DNA of 55,318 bases from Gaiellaceae bacterium (GTDB lineage: Bacteria > Actinomycetota > Thermoleophilia > Gaiellales > Gaiellaceae), in contig DAIMGZ010000001.1 of assembly GCA_036723535.1 (NCBI GenBank), forward strand, positions 1-55,318, in the 5' to 3' direction. Below the pieces are notes generated by a model. That model had not been told where the DNA came from. It ran no database searches and worked only from the letters and a program-made list of their open reading frames with translations. Shown here piece after piece: positions 8,065 to 18,876 of this stretch (the first letter of the stretch is position 1; every line of letters starts with the position of its first letter). The translations under genes were made by a program, and so were the position numbers.

Positions 8065-8766
8065 ATGAACGAACCAAGCCCGAACGGCGGCGGCAGGATC
8101 CTCGTCGTCGACGACGAGCCGTCGATCGTCGATGCGGTCGCAACGGCGCTCCGCTACGAGGGCTTCGAGGTGCGGGAGGAGGGGACGGGCCGCGGCGCGA
8201 TCTCCGCCGTCGCGGCTTTCGAGCCCGATCTCGTCGTGCTCGACTGGATGCTTCCCGATCTCGACGGGCTGGAGGTCGGCCGCCGCTTGCGCGAGCGCGG
8301 CTTCAAGACTGCGATCCTTTTCCTCACCGCGAAGGACGCAGTAGAGAACAAGGTCGAGGCGCTGCGGGCGGGCGGTGACGACTACGTCACGAAGCCGTTC
8401 AGCCTCGCCGAGGTCGTCGCTCGGGTCCAGGCCATTCTGCGGCGCACGGCCGGCGACCTGCCCGGGGACGTGCTGCGCTTCGCAGACGTGACGCTCGACG
8501 AGACTCGGCACGAGGTCCACCGCGGCGAGATCCGCGTCGATCTGACCGCGACCGAGTTCGCCCTACTCCGCTACTTCCTCCTCAACCCGCGGCGCGTGCT
8601 CTCGAAGGGGCAGATCCTCCAGAACGTCTGGCGCTACGACTTCGGCGGCAACTCGAACGTCGTCGAGACGTACGTGAGCTACCTGCGCAAGAAGCTCGAC
8701 GCGCTCGGGCCGTCGCTGATCCGGACGGTACGGCAGGCGGGCTACATGCTCGACGAAGGGGAGTAG
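8065..8766 (+). CDS. OmpR/PhoB family response regulator
   Basis: ILVVDDEP, DLVVLDWMLPDLDG, LFLTAKD, DDYVTKPF receiver motifs, plus the winged-helix LTATEFALLRYFLLNPRRVLSKGQIL...VVETYVSYLRKKL. Confidence 0.92.
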   Translation: MNEPSPNGGGRILVVDDEPSIVDAVATALRYEGFEVREEGTGRGAISAVAAFEPDLVVLDWMLPDLDGLEVGRRLRERGFKTAILFLTAKDAVENKVEALRAGGDDYVTKPFSLAEVVARVQAILRRTAGDLPGDVLRFADVTLDETRHEVHRGEIRVDLTATEFALLRYFLLNPRRVLSKGQILQNVWRYDFGGNSNVVETYVSYLRKKLDALGPSLIRTVRQAGYMLDEGE

Positions 8767-10137
8767 GTGCACCGGCTCTCGCTGCGGGCGCGGCTGCTGC
8801 TCGGCGTCGTCCTCCTCGCGGCGCTCGGGCTCGTCGCCGCCGACATCGCCACGTACTCGTCGCTGCACTCCTTCCTGCTCCAGCGTGTGGACAGCACGCT
8901 CGAGGCGGACCATGTCGGCGCGGAGCACCAGAACTTCGAGCACGGCGGCCCCGCCCAGCCGAACGATTTCGTCGAGCTGCGGACGCCGAGCGGGACGGTG
9001 GTCTACTCGTCGGGCGTCCCCCACTTCCCGGGCACGAAAGCGCCGCCACAGCCCAACCTCCCGAGGACGATCACGGGCCTCCACCGCGTGGGGCCGGATC
9101 TCGTCCGCTACTTCAACGTCCCGGCGGTGAGCGGCGGCGGCCGTTACCGCGTGCGTGCGTCCCTCGACAGCGGGTCACCCGACCTGCTGATCATCGCCAC
9201 CTCGCTCGGCGACGTCGACAGCACGCTGCATCGGCTGCTGCTGATCGAGCTGCTCGCGACGGCGGCTGTCCTCGCCGCGCTCGCCGCCGTCGGCCTCTGG
9301 GTCGTGCGGCTCGGCTTGCGGCCGCTACGCGCGATTGAGCTGACGGCGGCCGCGATCACGGCCGGTGACCTGTCTCGCCGAGTGGAGCATCCGGATCCGC
9401 AGACCGAGGTCGGCCGGGTCGGCAGCGCGCTCAACGCGATGCTCGACCGGATCGAGGCTTCGGACCGGCGCCTGCGCCGCTTCGTCGCCGACGCGTCGCA
9501 CGAGCTCCGGACGCCGCTTGCGGCCGTGCGCGCGTACGCCGAGCTGTTCGGGCGGGGAGCGGCCGCGCATCCCGAGGATCTCGAGCGCTCGATGGCCGGG
9601 ATCACGCGCGAGGCCGAGCGGATGAGCCTGCTCGTCGACGACCTGCTCCTCCTCGCCCGCCTCGACGAGGGCCGTCCCCTCGAGCGCAACCCTGTCGACC
9701 TCGCGCAACTCGTCGGCGAGGCGGTCGAGGCGGCCCGGGTCGTCGAGCCCGACCGTCCGATCGACGTCTCGATCGAGCCGGCGACGGTCGCCGGCGACCA
9801 CGCCCGACTGCGCCAGGTGCTCGACAACCTCTTGGCCAACGCGCGGTCGCATACGCCGCCGGGCACGGCCGTCTCGGTCGACCTTCACCGCGTCGACGGT
9901 CGAGCGAGGCTGAGCATCGCCGACCACGGGCCCGGGCTGACCGAGGAACAGGCCGCGCGCGTCTTCGAACGCTTCTACCGCGCCGACACCTCGCGCGCCC
10001 GCGGGAGCGGCGGGGTCGGCCTGGGGCTCTCGATCGTCGCCGCGGTCACCGAGGCGCACGGTGGGACGGCCGAGGCTCAGCCGACGCCGGGCGGCGGCGT
10101 GACCTTCGTGATCACGCTGCCGCTCGACGCCGACTGA
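8767..10137 (+). CDS. Sensor histidine kinase (TM-HAMP-HisKA-HATPase_c)
   Basis: H-box FVADASHELRTPL, N-box LDNLLANARSHTP, G-boxes DHGPGL and GGVGLGLSIV. GTG start directly follows the RR stop. Confidence 0.92.
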   Translation: MHRLSLRARLLLGVVLLAALGLVAADIATYSSLHSFLLQRVDSTLEADHVGAEHQNFEHGGPAQPNDFVELRTPSGTVVYSSGVPHFPGTKAPPQPNLPRTITGLHRVGPDLVRYFNVPAVSGGGRYRVRASLDSGSPDLLIIATSLGDVDSTLHRLLLIELLATAAVLAALAAVGLWVVRLGLRPLRAIELTAAAITAGDLSRRVEHPDPQTEVGRVGSALNAMLDRIEASDRRLRRFVADASHELRTPLAAVRAYAELFGRGAAAHPEDLERSMAGITREAERMSLLVDDLLLLARLDEGRPLERNPVDLAQLVGEAVEAARVVEPDRPIDVSIEPATVAGDHARLRQVLDNLLANARSHTPPGTAVSVDLHRVDGRARLSIADHGPGLTEEQAARVFERFYRADTSRARGSGGVGLGLSIVAAVTEAHGGTAEAQPTPGGGVTFVITLPLDAD

Positions 10138-10138
10138 A

Positions 10139-10300
10139 TCAGGCCGCGAGGTCGTTGGGGAGAGGGGCCGCGAACGCGTAGATCGCGGCTTCGTCCTTGC
10201 GGCGGTCGAGCATGAACGGGACGCGCATGATCGCCGCGACGGCGAGCACCACGCCGAGGTCGAGGATGCCGTTGAGGAAGATGGCGGTGTCGAGTGACAT
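10139..10300 (-). CDS. Possible 53-aa membrane micro-protein
   Basis: MSLDTAIFLNGILDLGVVLAVAAIMRVPFMLDRRKDEAAIYAFAAPLPNDLAA; one TM segment; supported by composition only. Confidence 0.3.
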   Translation of the reverse strand: MSLDTAIFLNGILDLGVVLAVAAIMRVPFMLDRRKDEAAIYAFAAPLPNDLAA

Positions 10301-10431
10301 GTTCGCTCCTTGCGGCTCGTTGTCTGGTGCCTCCAGACTCGCGCGCCGCCCTGTGCTGACCCTGGACGCGATCTGTGAAGACGCTGCGAAGCAGTGAGGG
10401 AGGCCGCTCGTGCGGCCTCCCTCCTCGGCAT

Positions 10432-10890
10432 CTACTCCATCCGGAAGCCGAACCGGAGGATGATCCCCGGATCGTCGCCGGCGGGGAGATCGGGATCCCG
10501 CGTGGCGACCCACGCGTATTCGTGCTCCGGGTAGGCGACGACATCGGGGAAGCTGCCGGCGCTCATGGCAAGCAGGCGCGCCGGCTCGTCGTGCGGGTTG
10601 CTGAACGCGTGCAGCCCGGCCCGCCCCTCGGGACAGAACAGGAAGTCACCCGGTGCGAGCTCTTCCTCGTGCTCCATGTTGCGGAAGACGGGTCGCCCGC
10701 TCAGGACGAAGAACATCTCCTCGGCGCCGTAGTGCATGTGCATCTTGTCTCCGTCATAGCCCGGGTCCAGCTCGTAGAGCGTGGCTCCCATCCGCGCGTC
10801 GTCCGGCCGCCAGAAGATGCGGCGACGCGTGCCGGTCTCGGTGTCCTCGTCGTCCCAGGGGGAGTCGGCGAAGAGGTTCTGCCGATTCAT
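10432..10890 (-). CDS. Cupin domain protein
   Basis: Cupin motifs MHMHYGAEEMFFVLSG and GDFLFCPEGRAGLHAFSN. The ATG at 10890 (MNRQNLF) is preferred over 10926. Confidence 0.75.
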   Translation of the reverse strand: MNRQNLFADSPWDDEDTETGTRRRIFWRPDDARMGATLYELDPGYDGDKMHMHYGAEEMFFVLSGRPVFRNMEHEEELAPGDFLFCPEGRAGLHAFSNPHDEPARLLAMSAGSFPDVVAYPEHEYAWVATRDPDLPAGDDPGIILRFGFRME

Positions 10891-11172
10891 CAGTTCGTAC
10901 CTCCGTTGCGCTAGCGGTTGCGGCAAGGCGATCCGCCCGCCGTCGGCGGCCGGACACCTCGCCCGAAGCCAAAAAAACCGCTAGTACGCCGCCGGATCCA
11001 CGCGGCGATCGTAGATGATCTCCGCTCCGGGGCGGAGTACCCGGGGGCACACGAACCTGCCCAGCCCGAATAGCTCGCCGCCTCGAGCTTCTGGGCGCGA
11101 TCTCAGCAATTTTCCCGGATGCCGGCACACGGCCCGGCGACGACGATCCAGGTAACGGACCGGAGGACAACG

Positions 11173-11565
11173 ATGGACAGCCAGACCTACGAGAACGTCG
11201 TCGCGGCGCTGCACGGCGAGGCGTTCGCCCACGCGCGCTACACGCTCTTCGCGGAGGCCGCTCGGAAGCGCGGCGACGACAGGCTCGCCTCGATGTTCGA
11301 GGAAATCGCAGCGGTCGAGTTGCACGAGCACTTCGCCGAGCTGGCCGAGCTCGTCGACCTCATCGGAGCCGATCGTGACAACATCCGCGCGGCGATCCAC
11401 GACGAGAAGCTCGAGGTCGAGGCTCAGTACCCGCAGTTCGCGAAGCAGGCCCGGTCGGCCGGAGAGGCCGCGGTCGCCGCTCGCTTCGAGGAGCTCGCGG
11501 AGGACGAGCGGGAGCATGAAAAGACGCTCGAGAATGCGCTTGAGCGCCCCGAGGCGCCGGCGTAG
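11173..11565 (+). CDS. Rubrerythrin/ferritin-like diiron family protein (no rubredoxin domain)
   Basis: GGAGGA SD before ATG 11173. ExxH-type motifs (LHGEAFAHARY, ELHEHFAE, EDEREHEK) in a four-helix pattern. Confidence 0.75.
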   Translation: MDSQTYENVVAALHGEAFAHARYTLFAEAARKRGDDRLASMFEEIAAVELHEHFAELAELVDLIGADRDNIRAAIHDEKLEVEAQYPQFAKQARSAGEAAVAARFEELAEDEREHEKTLENALERPEAPA

Positions 11566-11654
11566 GAAGGCCGACGTCCTGCTCGCGCTCGGGCGTGGAC
11601 GAAAGACGGGTCAACGCAGTTGCTCAGCGTCGCCGGCGGGCGGCGACGACTACG

Positions 11655-13283
11655 ATGCGACGCCTGAACGATGAGGAGCGCGCGTTGACGATCACCGACC
11701 GACCCGAAGACAGCCTCGCTGCGCACGGGCTGCGCGTCGTCGGTCGCGTGCTCCGCAATCCGACGACGTCGCAGCTCTACACGGCAGCGCTCGAGCGCGG
11801 TGAGGCCGTCCTCGCGGAGGACGGGCCGCTCGTCGTCGATACCGGCCGCTTTACCGGCCGCTCGCCGAAGGACAAGTTCGTCGTGCGCGAGGCCGGCTCG
11901 GAGGACCGGATCTGGTGGAGCGAGACCAACGCCGAGATGTCGGAGGAGCACTTCTCGGGGCTGCGCGCGAAGGTCGTGGCGCACCTCGAGGATGGCGACG
12001 TCTACGTGATCGATGCCTTCTGCGGCGCCGACCCGAAGCACCGGCTGGCGGTGCGCGTCCTCACGACGCACCCGTACCACGCGCTCTTCGCGAAGACGAT
12101 GTTCATCGAGCCCGCCGAGGCCGACCTCGCCGACTTCGAGCCTGACGTGCTCGTCCTCCACGAGCCCGAGGTCGAGGCCAATCCGGAACGGGACGGCACT
12201 CGCACGGGCGTCTTCGTCTGTCTCCACCCGTCCCGCGGCGAGATCCTGATCGGCGGCACCTTCTACGGCGGCGAGATCAAGAAGTCCGTCTTCACGCTGA
12301 TGAACGACCGGCTCCCGCTCGAGGGCGTGATGCCGATGCACTGCTCGGCGAACGTTTCCGAGGACGGGAAGGACGTCGCGGTCTTCTTCGGCCTCTCCGG
12401 CACGGGCAAGACGACGCTCTCGGCGGACCCCGAGCGGCTACTGATCGGGGACGACGAGCACGGCTGGGGCGACGACGGCGTCTTCAACTTCGAGGGCGGC
12501 TGCTACGCGAAGACGATCCGGCTCTCTGCGGACGCCGAGCCCGAGATCTGGAAGGCCGTGCACAGCTTCGGCACCGTGCTCGAGAACGTCGTCGTCGACG
12601 AGCGCGGCGTCCTCGACCTCGACGACGACTCGAAGACCGAGAACACGCGCGCCGCGTACACGCTCGAGCGGATTGCGAACGCGCTGCCGGCGAAGCGTGC
12701 CGGCCATCCGCGGTCGGTCATCTTCCTTGCCGCGGACGCCTTCGGGATCCTGCCGCCGATCGCGCGGCTCAGCCGCGAGCAGGCGCTCTTCTACTTCCTC
12801 TCCGGCTACACGTCGAAGCTGGCCGGCACGGAGCTCGGCGTGACCGAGCCACAGCCGACGTTCTCGACGTGCTTCGGGGCGCCGTTCCTGCCGCAGCCGC
12901 CGACCGTCTACGCGAAGTTGCTGGGCGAGAAGCTAGACCGGCACGGCGCGACGGTCTGGCTGATCAACACGGGCTGGACCGGCGGGCCGTTCGGCGAGGG
13001 GCACCGGATGCCGATCCAGGCCACGCGTGCGCTACTCGTCGCTGTGCTGTCAGGCGAGCTCGCAGGCGTCGAGTTCCGGGAGGATCCCGTCTTCGGCTTC
13101 CAGGTGCCGGTGACGGCGCCGGAGGTGGACGAGTCGCTGCTCGACCCGCGCTCGACGTGGGCGGATCCGGACGCGTACGACCGGAAGGCCCGAGAGCTGG
13201 CGCAGATGTTCGCCGACAACTTCTCGACGAAGCACGCGGACGCGCCGGCCGAGGTCAGCGCAGCCGCTCCTCGGCCCGGCTGA
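11655..13283 (+). CDS. pckA: Phosphoenolpyruvate carboxykinase (ATP)
   Basis: TGRFTGRSPKDKF, GGTFYGGEIKKS, kinase-1a FFGLSGTGKTTLS, LIGDDEHGW. The start is uncertain (ATG 11595, ATG 11655 or TTG 11684). Confidence 0.92.
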   Translation: MRRLNDEERALTITDRPEDSLAAHGLRVVGRVLRNPTTSQLYTAALERGEAVLAEDGPLVVDTGRFTGRSPKDKFVVREAGSEDRIWWSETNAEMSEEHFSGLRAKVVAHLEDGDVYVIDAFCGADPKHRLAVRVLTTHPYHALFAKTMFIEPAEADLADFEPDVLVLHEPEVEANPERDGTRTGVFVCLHPSRGEILIGGTFYGGEIKKSVFTLMNDRLPLEGVMPMHCSANVSEDGKDVAVFFGLSGTGKTTLSADPERLLIGDDEHGWGDDGVFNFEGGCYAKTIRLSADAEPEIWKAVHSFGTVLENVVVDERGVLDLDDDSKTENTRAAYTLERIANALPAKRAGHPRSVIFLAADAFGILPPIARLSREQALFYFLSGYTSKLAGTELGVTEPQPTFSTCFGAPFLPQPPTVYAKLLGEKLDRHGATVWLINTGWTGGPFGEGHRMPIQATRALLVAVLSGELAGVEFREDPVFGFQVPVTAPEVDESLLDPRSTWADPDAYDRKARELAQMFADNFSTKHADAPAEVSAAAPRPG

Positions 13284-13289
13284 GCCCGC

Positions 13290-14327
13290 TCAGCGCAGCC
13301 GCGCCCGCGCCCGGCCCTCCCTCGACCGCAGCTTCCACTTCCGCACCTCCTCCTTGCGCAGCACCGCATCGTGACGCATGGCGATCGCGCGCAGCTCGCG
13401 CTGGAGTTTGCGCCAGCTGTCGAGGCGCTCGCGCGGCAGCTCTCCGCTCTCGACCGCGGCGAGGACGGCGCAGCCCGGCTCGTGCACATGCGTGCAGTCG
13501 CCGAAGCGGCAGCCGGCGGCGAGCTCCTCGACGTCCGCGAACGTCGCGTCGAGGCCCGCAGAGCCGACGTCCCAGAGCTGGAGCTCCCGGAGGCCGGGCG
13601 TGTCGATCACGAGCCCGCCGCCGGGCAGCACGAGCAGCTGCCGGTGCGACGTCGTGTGGCGGCCCTCGTCGTCGTCCTCGCGCGTCTCGCGCGTCGCCAT
13701 CACTTCCTCGCCGAGCCAGCGGTTCACGAGCGTCGACTTGCCGACGCCGGAGGAGCCGAGGAGGACGGCGGTCGCACCGGGGGGGATGCGAGCCCGGAGG
13801 GCGTCGCAGCCCTGCCCGGTCACGGCCGAGACGACGTGGACCGGGACGCCGAGCGCGACAGCTTCGACTTCGGCTGCGAGCGGCCAGGGGTCGTCGAGCC
13901 GATCGGCCTTCGTCAGCACGATCTCCGGGGAGGCGCCGCTCTCCCAGATCGTGACGAGGTACCGCTCGATGCGGCGCGGCTCGATGTCGGGCCCGAGCGA
14001 CGACACGACGAAGGCGATGTCGACGTTCGCGGCGAGCGTCTGGGCGCTCGTCGTCCGTTCGGCCGAGTTGCGGACGATCGCACTGCGGCGCGGCAGCACG
14101 GCGCGGATCAAGCCGTCCGAGATGCCCACCCAGTCCCCGACGCCGACGTCGACGTGGTCGTGCATCAGCCGGCCGGGCAGGCGCGAGCGGACGGCGCCGG
14201 CTGCCGTCCAGACGTCGAACGCCCCCCGGTGGGCGGCGGCGATGCGGCCCGGCACGAGGCCGGGCTCCAGGTTGTCTGCGAGGTCCGGATTCCAACCGAG
14301 CCCGCCTAAATCGAATCCAGGCAACAC
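13290..14327 (-). CDS. rsgA: Ribosome small-subunit-dependent GTPase A
   Basis: Circularly permuted GTPase motifs (LTKADR, GSSGVGKSTLVN, DTPG) and C-terminal zinc knuckle CRFGDCTHVHEPGC. TTG start with GAAGGAG SD 7 nt upstream. Confidence 0.9.
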   Translation of the reverse strand: MLPGFDLGGLGWNPDLADNLEPGLVPGRIAAAHRGAFDVWTAAGAVRSRLPGRLMHDHVDVGVGDWVGISDGLIRAVLPRRSAIVRNSAERTTSAQTLAANVDIAFVVSSLGPDIEPRRIERYLVTIWESGASPEIVLTKADRLDDPWPLAAEVEAVALGVPVHVVSAVTGQGCDALRARIPPGATAVLLGSSGVGKSTLVNRWLGEEVMATRETREDDDEGRHTTSHRQLLVLPGGGLVIDTPGLRELQLWDVGSAGLDATFADVEELAAGCRFGDCTHVHEPGCAVLAAVESGELPRERLDSWRKLQRELRAIAMRHDAVLRKEEVRKWKLRSREGRARARLR

Positions 14328-14558
14328 AAAGCTCCTTCGCGAGATTGGGACGCCGCGCGTCCCCGGAAAGGAGCGCCGGCGCTAGGTCAGGGAGACCAAG
14401 GAGGCAAAGGGCACAGTCATTTGTTCGAGCCTCCTCTCGCCGGGAACGGACTGAGGCAGCGTAGGCGCTACTTCGGCGCTCGTCAACCCCGCGCGAACTG
14501 CCACTCCCGCGCGTTCATGTTGGCGAAATGCGCGGCAGAGTGGTAGGAATCCTGCGCG

Positions 14559-15095
14559 ATGCGCAGTGACGACGTCCAGCCGCTTCGAATTCCCACCAGC
14601 GGCTCGGAGCGCGGCCCGGTCTCGCCGGCGCGCCGGACGGACGAGCTCGACCGGCGCATCATCGAGGCGCTGCAGGCGAACGGGCGCGAGTCGTTTCGCT
14701 CCATCGCCGGCCGCGTCGGGGTCTCGGAGGCGACTGTTCGCGCCCGCTACGCGCGGCTGACGGCGGAGGGGATTCTCCAGGTCGTCGCCGTCACCAACCC
14801 GCTCGGGCTCGGCTACGAGCAGGCGCTCGTCGGCGTGAAGACGTCCGGCTCGCCGGAGAACGCGGCCGACGCGATCGCGCGCTGGCCCGAGGCGGACTAC
14901 GTCATAGCCACGGCGGGGCAGTTCGACCTCGTCGTCGAGCTGGTGGCCTCGGACCGGCGCCACCTGCTCGAGCTCACGAGCCGGCTGCGCTCGCTGCCGG
15001 ACGTCGTTTCGACCGAGACCTTCGTGTACCTGGAGATGTGGAAGCAGCTCTACGACTGGGGGAGTGGAATGCCAAAGGAGGAAACCACGAGATGA
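14559..15095 (+). CDS. Lrp/AsnC family transcriptional regulator
   Basis: HTH LDRRIIEALQANGRESFRSIAGRVGVSEATVRARYARL followed by a RAM-type domain. Its stop overlaps the aminotransferase start. Confidence 0.88.
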   Translation: MRSDDVQPLRIPTSGSERGPVSPARRTDELDRRIIEALQANGRESFRSIAGRVGVSEATVRARYARLTAEGILQVVAVTNPLGLGYEQALVGVKTSGSPENAADAIARWPEADYVIATAGQFDLVVELVASDRRHLLELTSRLRSLPDVVSTETFVYLEMWKQLYDWGSGMPKEETTR

Positions 15096-16537
15096 GCATC
15101 ACGCAGGGCGCGCTGTCCGCCGACGAGCTGCGGCGTCTGGCGAACGACCACCTCTGGCTCCACTTCACGAACATGGGCGGCCCCGAGCCGCCGATCATCG
15201 TCCGCGGCGACGGCTGCTACCTAGAGGACGTCCACGGCAAGCGCTACCTCGACGGGCTGGCAGGGCTGTTCTCCGTCAACATCGGCTACGGCTTCGGCGA
15301 GGAGATCGGCCAGGCAGCGCTGGAGCAGATGCGGGAGCTGCCCTTCTACACGAACTGGACCTACGCGCATCCGCGCGCGATCGAGCTCGCGGCGGAGGTC
15401 GCGTCGCTGGCGCCCGGCGACCTGAACCGCGTCTTCTTCGTCTCTGGCGGCTCCGAGGCGGTCGAGTCGGCGTGGAAGCTCGCGCGTCAGTACTTCGCCG
15501 CCCGTGACGGCGGTGTCGAAGCGGTGGGCGTCGAGCCCGGACACCGGGTTCCCGAGCAGGCAGGCGGTCGCGAGCCCGCGCACAAGTACAAGGCGATCGC
15601 CCGCAACGTCGCCTACCACGGCACGACCTTCGGCGCGCTCTCGATCAATGGGGTGGCGGAGCTGCGGACGCCGTTCGAGCCGCTCGTGCCCGAGGTGCGG
15701 CACGTGAGCAACACGAACCGCTACCACCGCCCGCCGGAGGAGACGGAGGAGGAGTTCACGGCCTTCCTGCTCGACGAGCTCGAGCGGACGATCCTCGAGA
15801 TGGGGCCGGAGACGGTGTGCCTCGTGCACATGGAACCGGTGCAGAACGCCGGCGGTGCGATCGTCGCCCCCGCCGGCTACTGGCGCGGGGTGCGCGAGCT
15901 CTGCGACCGCTACGACATCCTTCTCTCGGCCGACGAGGTGATCACCGGCTTTGGGCGGGTCGGCCATTGGTTCGCCTCGGAGCGCTACGACATCCGGCCG
16001 GACATCGTCACGTGCGCGAAGGGGCTCTCGTCCTCCTACGCGGCGATCGGGGCGGTCGTCGCCACCGACCGGGTGATGGAGCCGTTCCTGCACGGCAGCG
16101 CGATGTACACGCACGGGATAACGTTCGGCGGCCACCCCGTGATGAGCGCGATCGCGCTGAAGAACATCGAGATCATGAAGCGGGAGCGGATCATGGAGCA
16201 CGTCCTCGGCAACGAAGACGCCTTCCGCGCGACGCTCGGCCAGCTGCTGGAGCTGCCGATCGCCGGCGACCTGCGCGGTACGGGCTTCTTCTACGCGCTC
16301 GAGCTCGTCAAGGACAAGGAGACGCGCGAGACGTTCTCCGCCGAGGAGTGCGACACGCTGCTGCGCGGTTTCCTCTCGCCGCGGCTGTTCGAGAAGGGGC
16401 TGATCTGCCGGGCCGACGACCGCGGCGACCCGGTCGTGCAGATCTCGCCCCCGCTCATCGCAACTCAGTCAGAGTTCGACGAGATGACCGGGATTCTGGG
16501 CGACGTTCTCGCCGAGGCGTGGGAGCAGCTGCATTGA
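15092..16537 (+). CDS. Class III (omega) aminotransferase, putrescine/GABA-type
   Basis: AAAGGAGGA SD. Motifs FFVSGGSEAVESAWKLAR, AYHGTT, LLSADEVITGFGRVG, TCAKGLSS (PLP Lys). Lies in a polyamine cluster. Confidence 0.88.
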   Translation: MSITQGALSADELRRLANDHLWLHFTNMGGPEPPIIVRGDGCYLEDVHGKRYLDGLAGLFSVNIGYGFGEEIGQAALEQMRELPFYTNWTYAHPRAIELAAEVASLAPGDLNRVFFVSGGSEAVESAWKLARQYFAARDGGVEAVGVEPGHRVPEQAGGREPAHKYKAIARNVAYHGTTFGALSINGVAELRTPFEPLVPEVRHVSNTNRYHRPPEETEEEFTAFLLDELERTILEMGPETVCLVHMEPVQNAGGAIVAPAGYWRGVRELCDRYDILLSADEVITGFGRVGHWFASERYDIRPDIVTCAKGLSSSYAAIGAVVATDRVMEPFLHGSAMYTHGITFGGHPVMSAIALKNIEIMKRERIMEHVLGNEDAFRATLGQLLELPIAGDLRGTGFFYALELVKDKETRETFSAEECDTLLRGFLSPRLFEKGLICRADDRGDPVVQISPPLIATQSEFDEMTGILGDVLAEAWEQLH

Positions 16538-17649
16538 CCGCCGAGGTGGCGCAATCGCCTCCGCCTCCGGCCGCTGCCGCGGCGGAGTACGACATCCGGC
16601 TGATCGGCCTGACGAAGCGCTTCGACGACGTCGTCGCGGTCGACGCCGTCTCGCTCGACATCGACCGCGGCCACTTCTTCGCGCTTCTCGGGCCGTCGGG
16701 CTGTGGCAAGACGACGACGCTGCGGATGATCGGCGGCTTCGAGGAGCCGACGGAGGGGCGGATCGAGCTCGGGGGCGTCGACGTCGCGCCGCTGCCCCCG
16801 TACAAGCGGGACGTGAACACGGTCTTCCAGTCGTACGCGCTCTTCCCGCATCTCTCGATCTTCGAGAACGTCGCCTTCGGCCTCCGCCGCCGAGGCGTGA
16901 AGGGCGGCGACCTCCGTCAGCGCGTCGGCGATGCGCTCGAGCTCGTCGGCCTCGCCGGGCTCGAGCGGCGCAAGCCGCGGCAGCTCTCAGGCGGCCAGCA
17001 GCAGAGGATCGCGCTCGCGCGCGCACTCGTGAACCGGCCGCGCGTGCTCCTCCTCGACGAGCCGCTCGGCGCGCTCGACCTCAAGCTGCGCAAGGAGATG
17101 CAGCTTGAGCTGAAGCGGATCCAGCACGACGTCGGGATCACCTTCGTCCATGTCACGCACGACCAGGAGGAGGCCATGACCATGGCCGACCGGATCGTGA
17201 TCATGAACGGCGGGCACATCGAGCAGCTCGGAACGCCGAGCGAGCTCTACGAGCGGCCTCGCACGTCGTTCGTAGCGGGTTTCCTCGGCGTCTCGAACCT
17301 GCTGGAGGCCGTGGTCGTGGGCGACGACCGGGTCAAGCTGTCCGACGAGACCCTCGTCCAGGTGCCGCGGGAGGCGCTTGGCGACAGGTCCGGCACGATT
17401 CAGATCGGCGTTCGGCCGGAGAAGCTCCGCATCGGAGCGGGAGAGGCAAACTCGCTCTCGGGGACCGTGACCGAGAGCGCGTACATCGGGGTCTCGACGC
17501 AGTACATCCTCGACACGCCGGCTGGTCCGGTGACCGTGTACGTTCAAAACGACCGGCCCGGCGGCCAGGTTGCGACAGGGGAGCGCCTGACGCTCAGCTG
17601 GAGCCCGGAGAGCACTTTCGTCGTCGACGTTCAGGAGGGCATGGAATGA
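16534..17649 (+). CDS. potA: Spermidine/putrescine-type ABC transporter ATP-binding protein
   Basis: TTG overlaps the upstream stop (TTGA). Walker [10 protein letters not shown], signature [15 protein letters not shown], Walker B LLLDEP, and a C-terminal TOBE-like domain. Confidence 0.9.
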   Translation: MTAEVAQSPPPPAAAAAEYDIRLIGLTKRFDDVVAVDAVSLDIDRGHFFALLGPSGCGKTTTLRMIGGFEEPTEGRIELGGVDVAPLPPYKRDVNTVFQSYALFPHLSIFENVAFGLRRRGVKGGDLRQRVGDALELVGLAGLERRKPRQLSGGQQQRIALARALVNRPRVLLLDEPLGALDLKLRKEMQLELKRIQHDVGITFVHVTHDQEEAMTMADRIVIMNGGHIEQLGTPSELYERPRTSFVAGFLGVSNLLEAVVVGDDRVKLSDETLVQVPREALGDRSGTIQIGVRPEKLRIGAGEANSLSGTVTESAYIGVSTQYILDTPAGPVTVYVQNDRPGGQVATGERLTLSWSPESTFVVDVQEGME

Positions 17650-18830
17650 CCGATCGCATCACACGCAAGGTCTTTCTCCGCCGCGCTGCGGCGAGCGGAT
17701 CGATCCTCACCGTCCCCGGACTCCTCGCCGCCTGCGGCGGCGGAGGCAGCAGCCCCGCCACCACCGGCGGCACGACCGTGCACAAGCTCGCGAAGACGCT
17801 CCACTTCGACAACTGGACGCTGTACATGGACGTCAACAAGAAGAACCACACGTTCCCATCCCTCGTCGAGTTCCAGAAGAAGTACGGCGTCCACGTCGAC
17901 TACGTGGAGGACATCAACGACAACGCGTCCTACTACACGAGCAAGCTCCAGGGCCCGCTGAGCCGCGGGCAGTCGACCGGACGCGACATCGTCGTGCTCA
18001 CGGACAACGACCGCTACCTCGGCCTGATGCTCGAGAAGGGCTGGGCGGAGAAGCTCGACAAGAGCGCCATTCCGAACATCAAGAACCTCGTCGACGTACA
18101 GAAGCATCCGAGCTTCGATCCCCACCGCGACTACACGCTGCCGTGGCAGTCGGGTATGACGGGCATCGCCTACAACGACACGCTCACCGACCCGGTGCTG
18201 TCGCTCGACGACCTGTTCGAGAACCCGAAGCTGAAGGGCAAGATCACCTGCCTCAACTCGATGGGAGATGCGCTCACGATCGTGATGCTCGCGAATGGAG
18301 ACGATCCGTCGAAGGTGACCGACAAGTCGTTCAACGCCGCCTTCAACCGGGTCAAGAAGGCCGCCGACAACCACCAGATCCGCGCCTTCACCGGCAACGA
18401 CTACGCGCCGTCGCTGGCGAAGGGCGACCTCGCCGCCGCGATGTCGTGGTCAGGTGACATCCCGCAGATCGCGAGCCCGCACATCCACTGGAACGTGCCG
18501 AAGGACGGCGGCGCCATCTGGACCGACAATATGCTGATCCCGAAGGGCGGCGACGTCTACACGGCCTGCTTCTATATGAACTACGTCTACGACCCAAAGA
18601 TCCAGGGCCTGATGGAGGCCGGCGACCCGAAGCGGAACATCACCGGCATCTACTACATCCCCCCCGTCAAGGGCGCCGGCACGTGGGCCAAGAAGGACAA
18701 CGCGGCCGTGGGGAGCGACCCGCTCATCTTCCCGACCGAGAAGACGCTCATCAGCGTCCACATCTTCGACAATGCCGCACTGAACAACGAGAACTACCTG
18801 ACGCAGTGGAACAACCTCATCTCGGGGTAG
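17646..18830 (+). CDS. potD: Polyamine ABC transporter substrate-binding lipoprotein (PotD/PotF family)
   Basis: ATGA overlap with potA. Tat/lipobox-like N-terminus RRAAASGSILTVPGLLAACGGGGSS. PotD-like body (WTLYMD..., WSGD...). Confidence 0.85.
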   Translation: MTDRITRKVFLRRAAASGSILTVPGLLAACGGGGSSPATTGGTTVHKLAKTLHFDNWTLYMDVNKKNHTFPSLVEFQKKYGVHVDYVEDINDNASYYTSKLQGPLSRGQSTGRDIVVLTDNDRYLGLMLEKGWAEKLDKSAIPNIKNLVDVQKHPSFDPHRDYTLPWQSGMTGIAYNDTLTDPVLSLDDLFENPKLKGKITCLNSMGDALTIVMLANGDDPSKVTDKSFNAAFNRVKKAADNHQIRAFTGNDYAPSLAKGDLAAAMSWSGDIPQIASPHIHWNVPKDGGAIWTDNMLIPKGGDVYTACFYMNYVYDPKIQGLMEAGDPKRNITGIYYIPPVKGAGTWAKKDNAAVGSDPLIFPTEKTLISVHIFDNAALNNENYLTQWNNLISG

Positions 18831-18876
18831 CGAACTGGGCCTCTTCCACCGCCATAAGGGGCTGACGCCCTACCTC

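Noticed and set aside
14347-14363. The palindrome GGGACGC-cgc-GCGTCCC upstream of rsgA uses the same 7-mer as the element iterons.
   Set aside because: It is a single occurrence of a GC-rich 7-mer far from the element. It is most simply a coincidental hairpin, with no evidence of a functional link.
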